Positions 47,546 to 47,555 of a stretch of 47,555 nucleotides of DNA are shown here, in pieces. Location of the stretch: positions 1 to 47,555 of the forward strand of contig LVLI01000608.1 of assembly GCA_001687465.1 (NCBI GenBank), given 5' to 3'. A program made the position numbers and the translations under genes. The notes under the pieces were generated by a model. The model searched no databases and had not been told where the DNA came from. It saw only the letters and a list, made by a program, of their open reading frames with translations. The stretch is from Halocafeteria seosinensis (Eukaryota). How positions within the stretch are numbered: position 1 is the stretch's first letter; each line of letters starts with the position of its first letter.

Positions 47546-47555
47546 TGTGTGTGTG
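47546..47555. repeat. (TG)5 run at the window end
   Basis: Directly visible; probably the start of a longer TG tract. Confidence 0.7.

Overview
Gene-dense eukaryotic nuclear DNA, about half GC, with short canonical GT-AG introns of mostly 50-90 nt and the standard genetic code. It is most likely from a flagellated protist, since it carries KATNIP and a SHIPPO-motif gene; the lineage cannot be fixed from this window. About 17 apparently intact genes are present: prolyl 4-hydroxylase, an MFS transporter, Glo3-type ArfGAP, KATNIP, cystinosin, a long TPR protein, a histidine acid phosphatase, nuclear-encoded mitochondrial uS11, a claudin-like protein, a UAP56-binding RGG protein, XRCC3, a PXA/PX sorting nexin, an RDH-like SDR, a chimeric RING gene and three hypotheticals. 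Several decayed coding relics, a mosaic tandem repeat and CA/TG microsatellites (including both ends) lie among them. The best candidates for novelty are (1) an 8-exon gene fusing an intron-rich histone-H1-like K/A tail to an intronless module that resembles giant-virus/bacterial proteins plus a RING finger, (2) a PXA-PX-PXC sorting nexin with an apparent degenerate SH2 domain and RPEL-like motif where RGS normally sits, and (3) two intronless TPR loci, one with NLS and SIM motifs and one disrupted with a CaaX end. All gene models were spliced by eye and family assignments come from motif recognition, not database searches.
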